Notes: generated by a model not told the origin, from the sequence alone. A stretch of 64,000 nucleotides of DNA from Mobula hypostoma (GCF_963921235.1 NC_086097.1:220474001-220538000); one strand, 5' to 3'. Shown: positions 26,555-39,799, numbered from the stretch's first letter. Program-made: numbers and translations.

Positions 26555-26880
26555 TAGAGTCATACAGTACAATCACAGGACCTTCATCAGCCACATCCAT
26601 GACAACCTTTCTGCTTATCTGCACTAATCTCATTTGCCTGCATTAGGATCATATCCTTCTATGCCTGCCTAGTTAAGTGTGTCTAAATGCCTCTTAAACA
26701 CAGTAATTGTATCTGATTCCATCACCTCTTCTGACAGTGCATTCCAGATATCAGCCACTGTGTAAAAAAAACACTTGCATCTAAGATTTTCTTTACATCT
26801 CATACCTCTCACATCAAAACTATGCCCTCTTGTTTTTGATCCATCGATCATGGAGAAAAAATTCACTTTAGATATTTTTC
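26555..26880 (-). mobile_element. CR1 3' fragment
   Basis: ORF 26669..26887 SKTRGHSF..IWNALSEEVMESDTITVFKRHLD. Confidence 0.8.
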
Positions 26881-27586
26881 CATACACTTTCCGGAAATTG
26901 GCCTAGGATACTTAGAATTTTTTTCCTCTCTATTTCACCAATTTCCCAAAATGCAAGTTAATGTATATCAGTTATTGTGCCCATGTTTCTGGTATCCTTT
27001 TCTCATCAAAATATTCCACTACCACAAACTGAATCTAACAAATTATTAGCCCTGAATGTAAGCCTTTTAATCTAAAAAACAAGCGCCAGACACACCAATA
27101 ACCTTTGTCTGGTTCTCCAAGGTATGTGCCCTCTTCTACTCCTGACTGCATCATACCTGCATCTGTATGGAAGTTGTTATCTCTGAGTCACAAAGGTGTG
27201 TTCCAACTGCATGTTGAAATATTTCCATCTATCGTGTATCATGTCTTCTTACATATTTGTTAATTATAAAGGAATTTCTAATTGAAAAAAGATCTAGCAG
27301 TAATAGTTTATTTCCTCTCAAACAAATAAACAATTTGTCATGATTTAACAGCAGAATAAGCAAATACATTCCAGTTTTACTACATCTCTGAGGTGAGCTG
27401 TAATAACATAACACTCCACCAAACATTTGTGATACAATATTAGTCTTCCCTATGAACCAGCAGTATGCCAGAAATTCGAGTGTGTCACGGGGTAGAAGTG
27501 AGTGCAATTGCTATTACTAAGGAGAAGCTGCTTGGGAAAATGAAAGGTCTGAAGGCAAATAAGTCATCTGGATCGGATGGACTATA

Positions 27587-29183
27587 CAGGTATGCCCCGC
27601 TTTTCGAACGTTCGCTTTACGAAACCTCACTGTTACGAAAGACCTACATTAGTTCCCTGTTTTCACTAACAGAAGGTGTCTTCACGGTTACAAAAAAAGG
27701 CAGCACGCAAAAAAAAAGCAGCATGCGCCCCGAGCAGCCACTCCTCCCCCGGATTCGGAACGGCATTCTAGCCGGCATTGCTTAAACACATGCCTGAGAG
27801 CAGCCGTTTGCAAGATGAGTTCTAAGGTATTGGAAAAGCCTAAAACAGCTCGTAAGGTGTTACACTTAGCGAAAAACTAGACATAATTAAGCGTTTTGAT
27901 CCTGGTGAAAGAAGTAAGGACAATGTGAGTTTGGCTTGTGGAAGTTGACGAAGATGATGTTGAAGAGGTTTTGGCAACCCATGACCAAGAACTGATAGAT
28001 GAAAAGCTGATGCAATTGGAAGAGGAAAGGATAACAATCGAAACCGAATGCAGTAGCGAACGGACCGGAAGTGAAGTCGTCCAGGAACTGAATGTGAAGC
28101 AACTGCGTGAGATTTTCACTGCAATGATAAAGTACAACTTTAATTTTGAAAGGGTACGTCGGTTTAGAGCAAATTTGCAAGATGGTTTGAGTGCTTACGA
28201 AGAACTGTATGATAGAAAAATGCGCAAGGCTAAGCAGTCAAGCAAGCCTTCCACATCAGCCACAGCAGACGACGAACCTCGACCTTCAACATCGAGGCAG
28301 GCAGACATAGAAGAAGATGACTTGCCTCCCTGATGGAAACAGATAATGATAAAATGACACCCCAGTGTCCCACCACCCCAACCCCCGGGGCACGGAGAAT
28401 GTAGCGGTAGCCGGGACGCACCCAGCACATCTTTCTAAAAAAAGCCAAAATAAACAAGCTAATTAATTAGGTGCCTCCTGGCACGTAAATGTCAGCCCAG
28501 ATCAGAAGCCATTGCCGTTTGCATCGCCTCTGATCTGGGCCGACAAATACATGCCGGGCGGCACCTAATTAATTAGCTTGTTTATTTCGACTTTTATCTT
28601 AAAGGTGTGCTGGGTGCGTCCCAGCTATTGCTGTACCACTGCATTCTTCGCTGATCGGTATCGGTTGGCGGCCTGGAGGGTGGGGGCCACTGCACCACCC
28701 AACCTCCGACGACTCAGCCTAACACACCATCATCAGTGTGCTCTGCGCTGTCTTCCCAATTCTGGTAAGTGATACTACACTGTACATACATTATTTCTAC
28801 TTTATACAGGCTGTGTATTTTTATGGGTTATTTTGGTATGATTTGGCAGCTTCATAGCTTACAGGTTACTGGAGAGAGTCTTTCTGCCGACGGCACTTGC
28901 GTGAGATTTTCGCTACCGAGAACAGTGCGGCAATGATTGTAGGGAAGTATTTCTACTTTATATAGGCTGTGTATTTATCATACCATTCCTGCTTTTACTA
29001 TATATTAGTGTTATTTTAGGTTTTGTGTGTTATTTGGCATGATTTGGTAGGTTATTTTTGGGTCTGCAAACACACAAATTTTTCTATTATAAATACATGG
29101 TAATTGCTTCTTCACTTTACGACATTCCGGCTTACGAACCGTTTCATAGGAATGCTCTACCTTCAGATGGCGGGGGAAACCTG
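27587..29183 (+). mobile_element. Tigger/pogo (Tc1-mariner superfamily) internal-deletion derivative, TA TSD
   Basis: TA|CAGGTATGCCCCGC ... GCGGGGGAAACCTG|TA; frameshifted CENP-B-type HTH start (TLSEKLDIIKRFDPGE) joined directly to the acidic C-terminal region (EVDEDDVEEVL..HDQEL.DE.L); no DDE domain. Confidence 0.88.
28379..28692. mobile_element. Palindromic hAT MITE (same family as 10618-10967) inside the Tigger element; TSD CACCACCC
   Basis: Same arms (CCCAGCACATCTTT..AAATAAACAAGCT..GGCACGTAAATG..CCCAGATCAGA); CACCACCC at 28371-28378 and 28693-28700; left TIR partly deleted. Confidence 0.85.
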
Positions 29184-30147
29184 TACTCCAATGTTCTGAA
29201 GGAGGTAACTAAGAGATTGTGGAGGTATTAGCAATGATCTTTCAAGAATCACTAGACTCTGGAATGTGATCACAGGTCTGGAAAATTGCAAATATCACGC
29301 CACTCTTTAAGAAGAGGGAAGCAGACAATTGCCCAGTTAGCTTGAGTTGACTGGTTAGGAAGATGTTGTAGTCCATTATTAAGGATGAGGTTCAGGGTAC
29401 TTGGAGGCACATGATAAAATAGGCCAAAGTCAGCATGGTTTCCTTAAGGGGAAATCTCGCCTGACAAATTTGTTGGAATTCTTTAATGAAATAACAGGCA
29501 AGACCGACAAAGGAGAGTCAATGGATGTCGTTTATTTGGATTTTCAGAAGGCTTTTGACAAGGTGCTGCACGAGAAGCTATCTAACTAGAAAACAGCCCA
29601 TGGTATTACAGGAAAGATATTAGCATGGACAGCAGATTGGCTGACTGGACAGAAGAAAAAGAGCAGGAATAAAAGGGGGCTTTTCTGATTGGCTGCCGAT
29701 GACTAGTGTTGTTCCGCAGGGGTCAATATTGGGACCGCTTCTTTTCACATTATATGTCAACGATTCGGATGACAGAATTGATGGCTTTGAGGGCACGATT
29801 GCAGATGATATGAAGATAGGTACAGGAGCAAGTAGTGTTTAGGAAGCAAGGAGACTGCAGCAGGACTTAGAAGAATAAGCAAAGCGGCAAATGGAATATA
29901 AAGTAAGGTGCACAGTCATGCACTTTGGTAGAAGTAATAAAGGTGTAGACTAATTTCTAAGTGGGGGAAAAAATTCAAAAATCAGAGGTGCAAAGGGACT
30001 TAGGAATCCTTCTGCAGGAGATCCTAAAAGTTAAGGTTGAGTTGGTGATACGGAAGGCAAATGTAATGTTATCGTCCTTTTCGAATGGACTGTAATGTAA
30101 GAGCAAGGATGTGATGCTGAGGCTTCATAAGGCATTCGTCGTATTCA

Positions 30148-33100
30148 TGTTAAGTTATGGAGTCCGAAATGAGAAGCTTTGTGCTTAATTTAAGCGAGAT
30201 GTGCACATATCACGTGGCAGATTGATGATGTGTCATTTACATACCTTTACAGATAACCCACAATGTATATGTAAACAAAATATACACATACACAATATTA
30301 CTCAACAAGTGAAATATTAATATCACTACACTCCTCCCTGCTTAGCTATAAACTCCAATTCTATATAGGGTGCATCTCAACTATATGCATGGTACACTAT
30401 ATAATATAGCTACTATACAGACATTCACAGCATAGTAAACTTTAAACTGACCATTTAGGCCTAAAGATTTAATCGCTGTGGGGGATTTCTTACTCTTGTG
30501 GAATAACATCTTTCCTGACAAAGGGGATCACTCTGCTTGGCAGGTGAGACTTGAGGCTGTGAAACAATCTCAGGTTCTGGGGCCTCTTCACTGGTGATTG
30601 TACGAGTTGACTGTGGGGCTGCAGGATGTGGTTCTGACAGCTCTGGATACCTTTCATCTAGACAAGGCTCAGTGCTGGGACCCCAGTTGCTTACAATATA
30701 TACTAATGACTTAGACGAGGGAATTAAATGCAGCATCTCCAAGTTTGCAGATGACACGAAGCTGGGCAGCAGTGTTAGCTGTGAGGCAGATGCTAAGAGG
30801 ATGCAGGGTGACTTGGATAGGGTAGGTGAGTGGGCAAATTCATGGCAGATGAAATTTAATGTGGATAAATGCGAGGTTATCCACTTTGCTGGCAAGAACA
30901 GGAAAACAGATGAATGGTGGCCGATTAGGAAAAGGGGAGGTGCAACGAGACCTGGGTGTCATTGTACACTAGTCATTGAAAGTGGGCATGCAGGTACAGC
31001 AGGCGGTGAAAAAGGTGAATGGTATGCTGGCATTCATAGCAAGAGGATTCAAGTACAGGAGCAGGGAGGTACTACTGTAGTTGTACAAGGCCTTGGTGAG
31101 ACCATACCTGGAGCATTGTGTGCAGTTTTGGTCCCCTAATCTGAGGAAAGACATCCTTGCCATAGAGAGAGTATAAAGAAGGTTCACCAGATTGATTCCT
31201 GGGATGGCAGGACTTTCATATGATGAAAGACTGGATCGACTAGGCTTATACTCGCTAGAATTTAGAAGATTGAGGGGGGATCTTATTGAAACGTATAAAA
31301 TTCTAAAGGGATTGGACAGGCTAGATGTAGGAAGATTGTTCCCGATGTTGAAGAAGTCCAGAACGAGGGGTCACAGTTTGAGGATAAAGCGGAAGCCTTT
31401 TAGATCCAAGATGAGGAAAAACTTCCTCACATAGAGAGTGGTGAGTCTGTGGTATTCTCTGCCACAGGAAACAGTTGAGGCCAGTTCATTGGCTATATTT
31501 AAGAGGGAGTTAGATATGGCCCTTGTGGATAAAGGGATCGGGGGTATGGAGAGAAGGCAAGTACAGGGTTCTGAGTTGGATGATCAGCCATGATCATACT
31601 GAATGGCAGTGCAGGCTCGCAGGGCTGAATGGCCAACTCCTGCACCTATTTTCTATGTTTCTATGGTGGAATCCTGAACAGTACATGGCTCGCTTCACTG
31701 GATGATGTGGATTATGATGTACGAGTACAGTGTCTGACATCACAATTTCCTTACCTTTTGGAAAGTCACTGCACACTGCTTTGCCTATTGCCATGTCTTC
31801 CTGATCTATACTAATGAGTTCAAGGGGTGGAGCTCAGTAGCCAGGTTTGCCAGAAACCTGTTCCAATAATTGACAAATTGTAAAAGGACTGCCACTGAGA
31901 CATGTCCTTTGACCTTGGGGCATCCAGTTGTCTCAGCACACCTGTGTCAATGGTGTGACCAAAGTAAGTGATGCATAGTTTAAAGAATTCATAATTGTTG
32001 CATCATGCTCTGAATACATAATCTTCTAATCTTTTTAACTCTGTCTTGAGATTTTGAAGACGTTCCTTGTCATTGTTACTAGTAACAATGATATCATCCA
32101 ATTAACACTGACTGCCTGGACAGCCATGTACTATCTGGTTTACAGCTTTCTGCTAGAGTGCAGGCAGAGATGGTACTCCTAAAAATAAGCCTATTACAGT
32201 GATAAAGCCCTTTTTGAGTGTTTATGGTGAGAAGCACATTGGACTCTTCCATCTCCATCTGCAAGCAGGCTTCAGCTAAGTCCACTCAGCTCAGGAATGT
32301 TTCCCTCCAGAACGTTTACAAAGATATTCTCTATCCTGAGCAGAGGGGATTTATCTACTTTCAATACTGGGTTGATAGTGACCTTAAAAATCTCCAAATA
32401 TCCTGACAGACCCATTCTTCTTCGTTACATGGACCACTGGCATTGCCCATGGGCTCCATTCAACCTTGGAAAGAATTCCTTCAACCACCATGAATCCAGC
32501 TCACTGGCTGACTTTATCATAGATGACATAAGGAACTGGATGGGCTTTGCAAAACTTAGATGTGGCATTATCATTTAACATTATTTTACTCTTAATATGT
32601 TTTGAGTTTTCCAATGACAGCTTTGAACATTGCTGTGGCATCATCCAGTACCTTTCTTAACCTGCTTTCAGTTGACACTATTACAGGGAACGTTGCATGC
32701 CAATGGTAGATTAAGTTGCAGTTGTCTTAGCCACTCACACCCCTACAATTCTGGTCCTCCTGTTTTTACCACATACAAGCCCAATGTGGCTTGTTGGTTG
32801 TTGTATTTCACTGTTAAAATGTCATTCTCACAGGAGTTATCTTTTCTCCAGTATGTTTAGTTGGGTATCTGTCAGCTTCAGTTCAGCATCTTTGAAATCC
32901 TACTCAAACTAATTTTGTGGAATGACTGAAACAGCTGAGCCAGTGTCCAATTCCATTTTAATCAATTTGCTGATAACTTCTGGTGTAAGCCATAGTACTC
33001 TTCTATTATTAGTTTTCACATTGTAAATCTCAAGGCTACGCAGTCCTGCATCACTGTCATTATCATCAAATTTTTCATCAATAGCATGCAATGTAGTTCT

Positions 33101-34066
33101 CTTTCTGAAACTGCAACTTGACTTTTTATCTTTTCCTCTACCCTGTATAGTCCATTTATTTTTGTCTGCCCAACATGCCCTTTGTACAAGTCCTAATTTG
33201 TTGCATTTTCTGCAAGCTGCACCTTTAAATCTACATTGATCTGGTCTGTGTAAGTCCCTGCTACATCAATAGCACAATTTGTTCAACCAGGCAGACCTCT
33301 ATCTGGATGTTGCAATTTTGTTTACACTCACTTTCAATCCTGACTGCAACTCAATAGTGTGTCTGTCTGCTGTTTCCATTGATACAGCTATATCAACTGC
33401 TCTTTTAAATGTGAGTTGTGCTTCAGTTAGGAGCCATTTTTAAATGTCTTCTTTTAAGATTCACAATCATGAAGCCCATTATTGGACTGATAATGTTCAA
33501 GAACTAACAATCTCTTAAATTCAGCCATCCCCTTCTTGAGTCTGCTTATGAAACCTAAAGAGTTCTGCAATCAATAATAGTTTCAGTTTAGATGCTTCTG
33601 CATTACTTTCACGATATTAGCAAAGTTCATTTCAGATGGTTTTGTTGGCGCAGTTAAACTGCGAAGCAAACTTATGCCTTAAAACCCAATGCACTCAGCA
33701 AAATTGGTACTTGCTTCTCTTCGGCTATTCCATTTGTTTTAAAATACTGCTCAATCAGTTCAGCATACAGAATATGGTTACCAGTTCTGTAATGGAATGC
33801 ATCTATCTTTCCGATGCGGCCAGCCATTTCCACTTTTTTTAAAAAAAAGTGAATACTATCACAAGGTACTCACTGTTTAAGAACTCTTGAGTTTTTCTAT
33901 TTTCTGGCTTTTTAAAAACTCAGTCATCTTTCCTTTTGCAAAGGAAATGAGCTTCTCCAAAGAAAAAAGTGCTGCTCTTCTTTTTAGACATGGACATCTC
34001 ACTACGCTTCAACTGGGAGGTAGTTATCTAGGGTTCATTTTTAAAATACCTCATTGCCATAGTTAT
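30148..34066 (-). mobile_element. Gypsy/Ty3 LTR retrotransposon, degenerate, internally deleted
   Basis: PBS-like TGGCAATGAGG ~34049-34059; gag ATG 33827 (MAGRIGKIDAF..IEQYFKTNGI); zinc knuckles ~33170-33280; protease MELDTGSAVS; RT LTINTQKGLY..NRL; pol C-terminus TRVRNPPQRL; PPT AGGGAGGAG 30331-30339 abutting a TGT..ACA LTR at 30148-30330. Confidence 0.88.
30662..31665 (+). mobile_element. CR1 LINE 3' portion inserted in the Gypsy pol
   Basis: QGSVLGP, SKFADDTKLG, LGLYSLEFRRLRGDLIE; tail TTCTATGTTTCTATG. Confidence 0.93.
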
Positions 34067-34069
34067 GCA

Positions 34070-36128
34070 AAGAAGTAGCTGGAGAGACAGGGGAGGCACT
34101 AACGATGATCTTTCTAGAATCGATAAGATTCTGGCATTGTACCGGATGACTGGAAAATTGCAGATGTTATCCGCTATTTAAGAAGGGTGGGAGGCAGCTG
34201 AAAGGAAACTATAGATCTGTTAGTCTGACATCAGTGGTTGGGAAGCTGTTGGAATTGATTGTTACGGATGAGATTATGGCATACCTGGAGGAACATGACA
34301 AGATAGGCCAAAGCCAGCATGGTTTCCTGAAAGGAAGATCCTGCCTGACAAACCTACTGCAATTCTTTGAGGAAATTACAAGCAGGGTGGACAAAGGAGA
34401 TGCAGTAGACATGGTATACTTGGATTTTCAGAAGTCCTTTGTCAAAGTGCCGCACATGAGGCTGCTTAGCAAGATAAGAGCCCATGGAATTACAGGGAAA
34501 TTACCAGCGTGGGTGGAGCATTGGCTGGTCGGCAGAAAACAGAAAGTGGGAATAAATGGATCCTATTCTGGCTGGCTGCTGGTTACCAGTGGTGTTCCAC
34601 AGGGGTCAGTGTTGGGACTGTTACTTTTTACAATGTGTGTCAATGATTTGGACTACGGTATTAAGGGATTTGAAGCTAAATTTGCTGATGATACAAAGAT
34701 AGGTGGAGGAGCTGGTAGTGTTGAGGAAACAGAGAGCCTGCAAGGAGACTTATGTAACATGTTGTAAGGTTTCACTGCTAAGGTAGTGGTATCTCTGTAG
34801 CAGCAATGTTTGGGTTATGACTACAGAGATAACAGGGTTTGGAATGCTGGGGCTATCCAATGAGAGAAATGTTGTTCTTTCTTGTGAGTCTGGAAGGGAG
34901 GTTTTCACGGTCTTTTGCCGGGCAGAGATGAGGAGAGAAGAAGCAAATGGAGGGAATTGGTAGACCGCTGGACAGAGTGGACTTGGAGCGAGGGCCCAAA
35001 GGTCAGCAATGATCGGTGGACAACCGGCCTATCAGTGAGCTCCAACATCGCACAATAGACTGTTTCATGAGACTTTTTTTGCTTTCATTAGTAACCATAT
35101 AGTCAAAGTAAGAATTATAAAGCTCAATCGCTTAATCGCATATTCTGTACTGTTTGTTATTTCGGGGTACTGATTTGTAACAGGGGACACATTGCGCAGT
35201 GTCCACCCAAACGAGATTTCTTAAGTTTGGCCAGGCCAGGGGCTATCATCCCCTATATTAAGCTGCTAGCTGAAGCGAGAGTTACACTTAGATAGTTTAG
35301 GGGAATGGGCAAAGAAGTGGCAAATGAAATACAATGTTGGAAAGTGCATGGTCATACACTTTGGTGGAAGAAATAAAGAGGCAGACTTATTTAGATGGGG
35401 AGAGAATTCAAAATGCTGACATGCAAAGGGAACTCCTTGTGTAGGATACCCTACAGGTTAACCTTCAGATTGAGTCAGTTGTGAAGAAGGCAAATGCAAT
35501 GTTGGCATTCATTTCTGGAGGTACAGAATATAAGAGCAGGGATGTGATGTTGAGGCTATAAGGTACTTGTTGAGACCACACGGAGTATTGTGTGCAGTTT
35601 TGGGCTCCTTATTTTAGAAAGGATATACTGACATTGGAGAGGGTTCAGAGAAGCTTCACAAGAATGATTCCAGGAAGGAAAGGGTTACCGTATCAGGAAC
35701 GTCTGGCAGCTCTTGGGCTGTATTCCCTGGAGTTCAGGAGAATGAGGGGGGATCTCATAGAAACATTCTGGATGTTAAAAGGCCTGAACAGATTAGATAT
35801 GGCAAAGATATTTCCCATGGTAGGGGATTCTAGAACAACAGGGCATGACTTCAGGATTGAAGGACATCCTTTTAGAACAGAGATGCGGAGAAATTACTTT
35901 AGTCAGAGGATGGTAAATCTGTGGAATTTGTTGCCACAAGCGGCTGTGGAGGCCAAGCAATTGGATGCATTTAAGGGAGAGATAGATCGGTTCTTGATTA
36001 ACCAGGGCATCAAAGGGTAAGGGGTGAAATCAGGGGATGACTGGAAGAATTGGATCACCCCATGATTGAATGGCAGAGCAGACTAGATGGGCCAAATGGC
36101 CTACTTCTGTTCCTATATCTTATGGTCT
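34070..36128 (+). mobile_element. CR1 LINE, interrupted by a solo LTR
   Basis: ORFs 34234..34767 and 35592..36020 (QHGF, GVPQGS, FADD); frame resumes DL|DSLGEWAKKW after the LTR; tail TCTTATGGTCT. Confidence 0.93.
34753..35286. mobile_element. Solo LTR, 534 bp, 4-bp TSD CTTA
   Basis: CTTA|TGTAAC ... GTTACA|CTTA; removing it restores the CR1 reading frame. Confidence 0.9.
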
Positions 36129-36164
36129 GCTGGTCTAACTCCACAACTAATTGAAAGAAAAACA

Positions 36165-36612
36165 AGGGAGTCCATATGAGGTTCATTTGATGGCTCTGGG
36201 CCTGTACTCACTGGTGATTAGAAGAATGAGGGGGATCTCATTGAATCTTACCGATAACAGAAAGGTTTGGATAGAGTGGATGTGGAGGAGGATGTTTCCT
36301 ACAGTGAGTCAGTCTAGGATTAGAGGGCACAGCCTCAGAATAGAGGGACATCAAATTACAACAGAGATATGGAAAAATTTCTTTAGCCAGAGAGTAGTGA
36401 ATCTGTGGAATTCATTGCCATAGGCAGCTGTGGAGGCTAAGTCATTGAGGATATCTGAAGCAGAGGCCAACAGGTTCTTAATTAGTCAGGACGTCTAAGG
36501 TTATGGGAGGAGGCAGGAAAATAGTGTTGAGAGGGATAATAAATCAGCGATGATGAAATGGCAGCTCGATGGGCCAAATGGCTTAATTCTGCTGTTATGT
36601 CTTATAGTCTAA
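36165..36612 (+). mobile_element. CR1 3' end
   Basis: ORF 36151..36423 LMALGLYSL..RGHSLRIEG..FFSQRVVNLWNSLP; tail TGTCTTATAGTCT. Confidence 0.85.
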
Positions 36613-36739
36613 TATCTCATTCAACTGTTGCCATTGGAAGATATTTTGGTGTTTCTATTGTCATTACAGTAGAAAAGCTGTATTGATGATAACGATGATG
36701 GATTATATTCCAGATGAGATAACACTTCCCTGTAATTCC

Positions 36740-37712
36740 ATTGGCGGAAGCTGCGCTCACCCCATCTTCCAGCTGTTGTAATCGTGATCAAGTCCCTCTT
36801 GTCCTTACCTACCAGCTTCCACATCTAACACATTATCCTCCGCAACTTTTGCCATCTCCAAAGGGATGCTCGCTAAACATGCCTTCGCCTTCCTCCCCCC
36901 CCGGTGATTCCCTTGTCCATTTGTCCCTCCCCACTAAACCTCCATTCAGGCCCTTTTCCCTGTAAGTGGCCTAAGTGCTACACCTGCCCACACACCACCG
37001 CCCTCACCTCCATTCAGGGCCCCAAACAGTCCTTCCAGGTGAGGTGACACGTCACCTGCGAAATCTGCTGTGGTTGTCTACTGTGTTCTGTGGTCCCAAT
37101 GCAGCCTCCTCTACATGGTTAAGATCCATTCATTGTAAATTGGGGGACCGCTTCAGCGAGCATCCCCGCACCATCCGCCCCAAGCCGGACTTCCCAGCGG
37201 CCAAACTCCGATTCCTATTTCCATTCCGACATGTCAATCCGTGGCCTTCTTTTGTACCAAGATGAGGCCACCCTCAGTATGGAGAAGCAATACCTTGTAT
37301 TCGTCTGGGTACCTTCCAGCCTGATGGTATGAACATTAATTTCTCCTGCTGGTGAAGGAAATTTCCCCCTCCCTCTCTATTCTCCGCTCTGACCCTTTAC
37401 TTCTTCTGACTTGCCTATTACTTCTCCCTGGGTCCCCTCCTCCTTCCCTTTCTCCTATGGTCTACTCTCCCCTCCTATCAGATTCTTTCTTTTCCAGCCT
37501 TTGACCTTTCCCACCCACCTGGCTTCACTCACCTTCCAGCTAGCCTCTTTCCCCTCTCCCAACCTTTTAGTTCAGGCATCTCCTTCCTTCCCTCTCAGTT
37601 GTGAAGAAGGGTCTCGGCTCAAAACGTCGACTGTTTACTCTTTCCCATGACCTGTTGAGTTCCTCCAGCATTTTGAGTGTGTTGCTTTGCATTTGCAGAT
37701 TTTCTCGTCTTT
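36740..37712 (+). mobile_element. Penelope-like element 3' fragment, degenerate
   Basis: Colinear with 16075-16972 (ATTCAGGGCCCCAAACAGTCCTTCCAGGTGAG; KLGDRFSEH); degenerate hammerhead motif at ~37597-37633. Confidence 0.88.
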
Positions 37713-39680
37713 ATGTGTGTACTCTTTTTCAGATAGGAAATCAAATCACCCTTCAGACTGATGGCACTGTTTAACCAAAATCATCCAACCATTTTGAATA
37801 CTTATTCAAAAGTACTTCCAAATTATGTCTGGCCCATTGTTCCTGAGGCCTTGCTGTCACATTTCTCTACAATAACCACACTTGAAAATATATTTCTTTC
37901 ACTGTAAAGCACTTTGGGCATCAGGAGACGAAGGACAAAACCTTATAAACAGAAGTTTGATCTTTACCTGATGCAGCACTGCACCACAAAGTTAGCAGGA
38001 TAATTGTATCTTTTAAGTGTATTAACCAGTTGTTAGCAATGTTTGACAACTGACTAACTCCAATAAAATCACTGCAGTTTAACTACAGGTCTTGGAAATA
38101 GATTCTTATAAAGCTCTCAGACTTAACCTTTTCACCATGTGGTATACAATGTTTATTTTTTATGATTTTATTTTTTTCCTACATTTGCTTATAGTGGAGG
38201 AGACTAGTTTCTATAGGCGAGCTTCCCATAATTCTAATGTAACAAGTAACCATTTATTCTGACCCCAACATTTCAGTGTGTCTATGGTGGTGAACGGATA
38301 AGTCAATCATGCTTGTTTACACTACGGACCACAGAAGACAATGCCTTCATTCAGTTGATGCACCAATATAGTGTAAAACCACTCTCAAGAAAGTACAGCT
38401 GGTACAGTGGACTGGGAACACAGAATTTTCATCTAAATATACAGAAGAAGCTAAACTTCATCTGGCTAAAGGTATGTAGTTTTCCCATTTAAAAAAAACC
38501 TAAGTTACAAATGTACCCTTTTTAAAGTCAATTGCAAGTAATGTCTTAATTATTTAAGTTATTTGAAATGAGGTAAAAGTAATCTCCCTTTAAAAATACT
38601 CTTTATTTTGCTGTAAAGCCAATAACATTTCAACACATGGTCACTCAGTTATGCTGTTGTTTAAATATCAGTGTTAATGAGCATAAATATGAAATTTAGG
38701 AACAACTAGAAGAATAGTGAATACTTTGATCTGCATATGTAACTAAGTATAGTAAGCCAGAAGAGAACTAGCAAAAAGTCAGATTATAGCCAGAGTCAAA
38801 ACAGTAAAAGATTTGTTATAACATATAAAAGCGCTTGTAAAAGAACTGTAAAATCTGCAGGCATTAAGTTCAAATTGCATGACAAAACAGATGTTAAAAT
38901 AAAAGGTGACTGACTGGAACTACATTTCTAACCATGCTAATGATCTATGCATGCAAAAACTTCATTATAAAAACTATAACTTTGTAAAAACGAACTTGCA
39001 GTGAGAATTGTATTATATATTAATCCTTGACATCTAGAAAGTTCTGAGTTTCACTAGCCAATTTTTCTAACTCTAATGGCAGTATGAAGACAATTTAACG
39101 ATTAAACCCATCCAACCAATCAGTCCAATTGAAATCAATCTCTTGTTAATGAAGACTAAGGAACAAAAATGGGGCCAAGAAGCATAAATGTGAATAAATG
39201 TCGAGATCTTTTTCATTGAACACACAATCTAATCTCATGGTGTTTTCTTGATTGAAACTGAATGGTCAGCTCTCATTACCACTCTTATCAAAAATCCATC
39301 TTCGACTCTTGGCTCTTGCAACATAATCATCCTAATTTCAACATTCCTTTCCATCAAGATTTCTATTCAGTTCACAACCCCAAGCTCAACTCTTTCACGA
39401 GCACATGCCTAAAATTTTCCAGCTGGGTTGCCACCCTTCCAAAATACGACTATTCAAAGACAGTATTGATGTGTTTTGATTCTGTTGTAATATTGCCCTG
39501 TGTCCTCCTCTCCTTGTTGCCTTTGGCAAAGTCAATGGCATGATACTCTTCCAACATCCTTCCTTCTTTGTGACACTTACTGAACATTTTCCAGTGGTTT
39601 CCACTCTTAACCAACCTAATCACAATCACTTACAGTATGCATGCACTGAGCTAGATCTTCATGGCAATATTACCTTAGAG

Positions 39681-39745
39681 CATGGTTCCCAACCTCGGTT
39701 AATAGTTGGGGTCCATGGCATTAAAAAAAAGGTTAGGAACCTTTG
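39681..39745. mobile_element. Mini hAT-Charlie MITE (~65 bp)
   Basis: CATGGTTCCCAACC...GGTTAGGAACCTTTG flanked by CCTTAGAG / CTCTAGAG, an imperfect 8-bp TSD resembling the Charlie NTCTAGAN target. Confidence 0.55.
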
Positions 39746-39799
39746 CTCTAGAGAATCACCAGAATTAGCTCATTCTTCGCTCCTTTATTGTTACCTCCA

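Larger units (their letters stand above)
27430..30140 (+). mobile_element. CR1 LINE (outer host of the nested stack), probably resuming at ~36165-36612
   Basis: KSSGSDGL continues across the Tigger insertion as YSNVLKEV; QHGFLKG, DFQKAFDKV; breaks at the LYKAL-like region. Confidence 0.85.
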
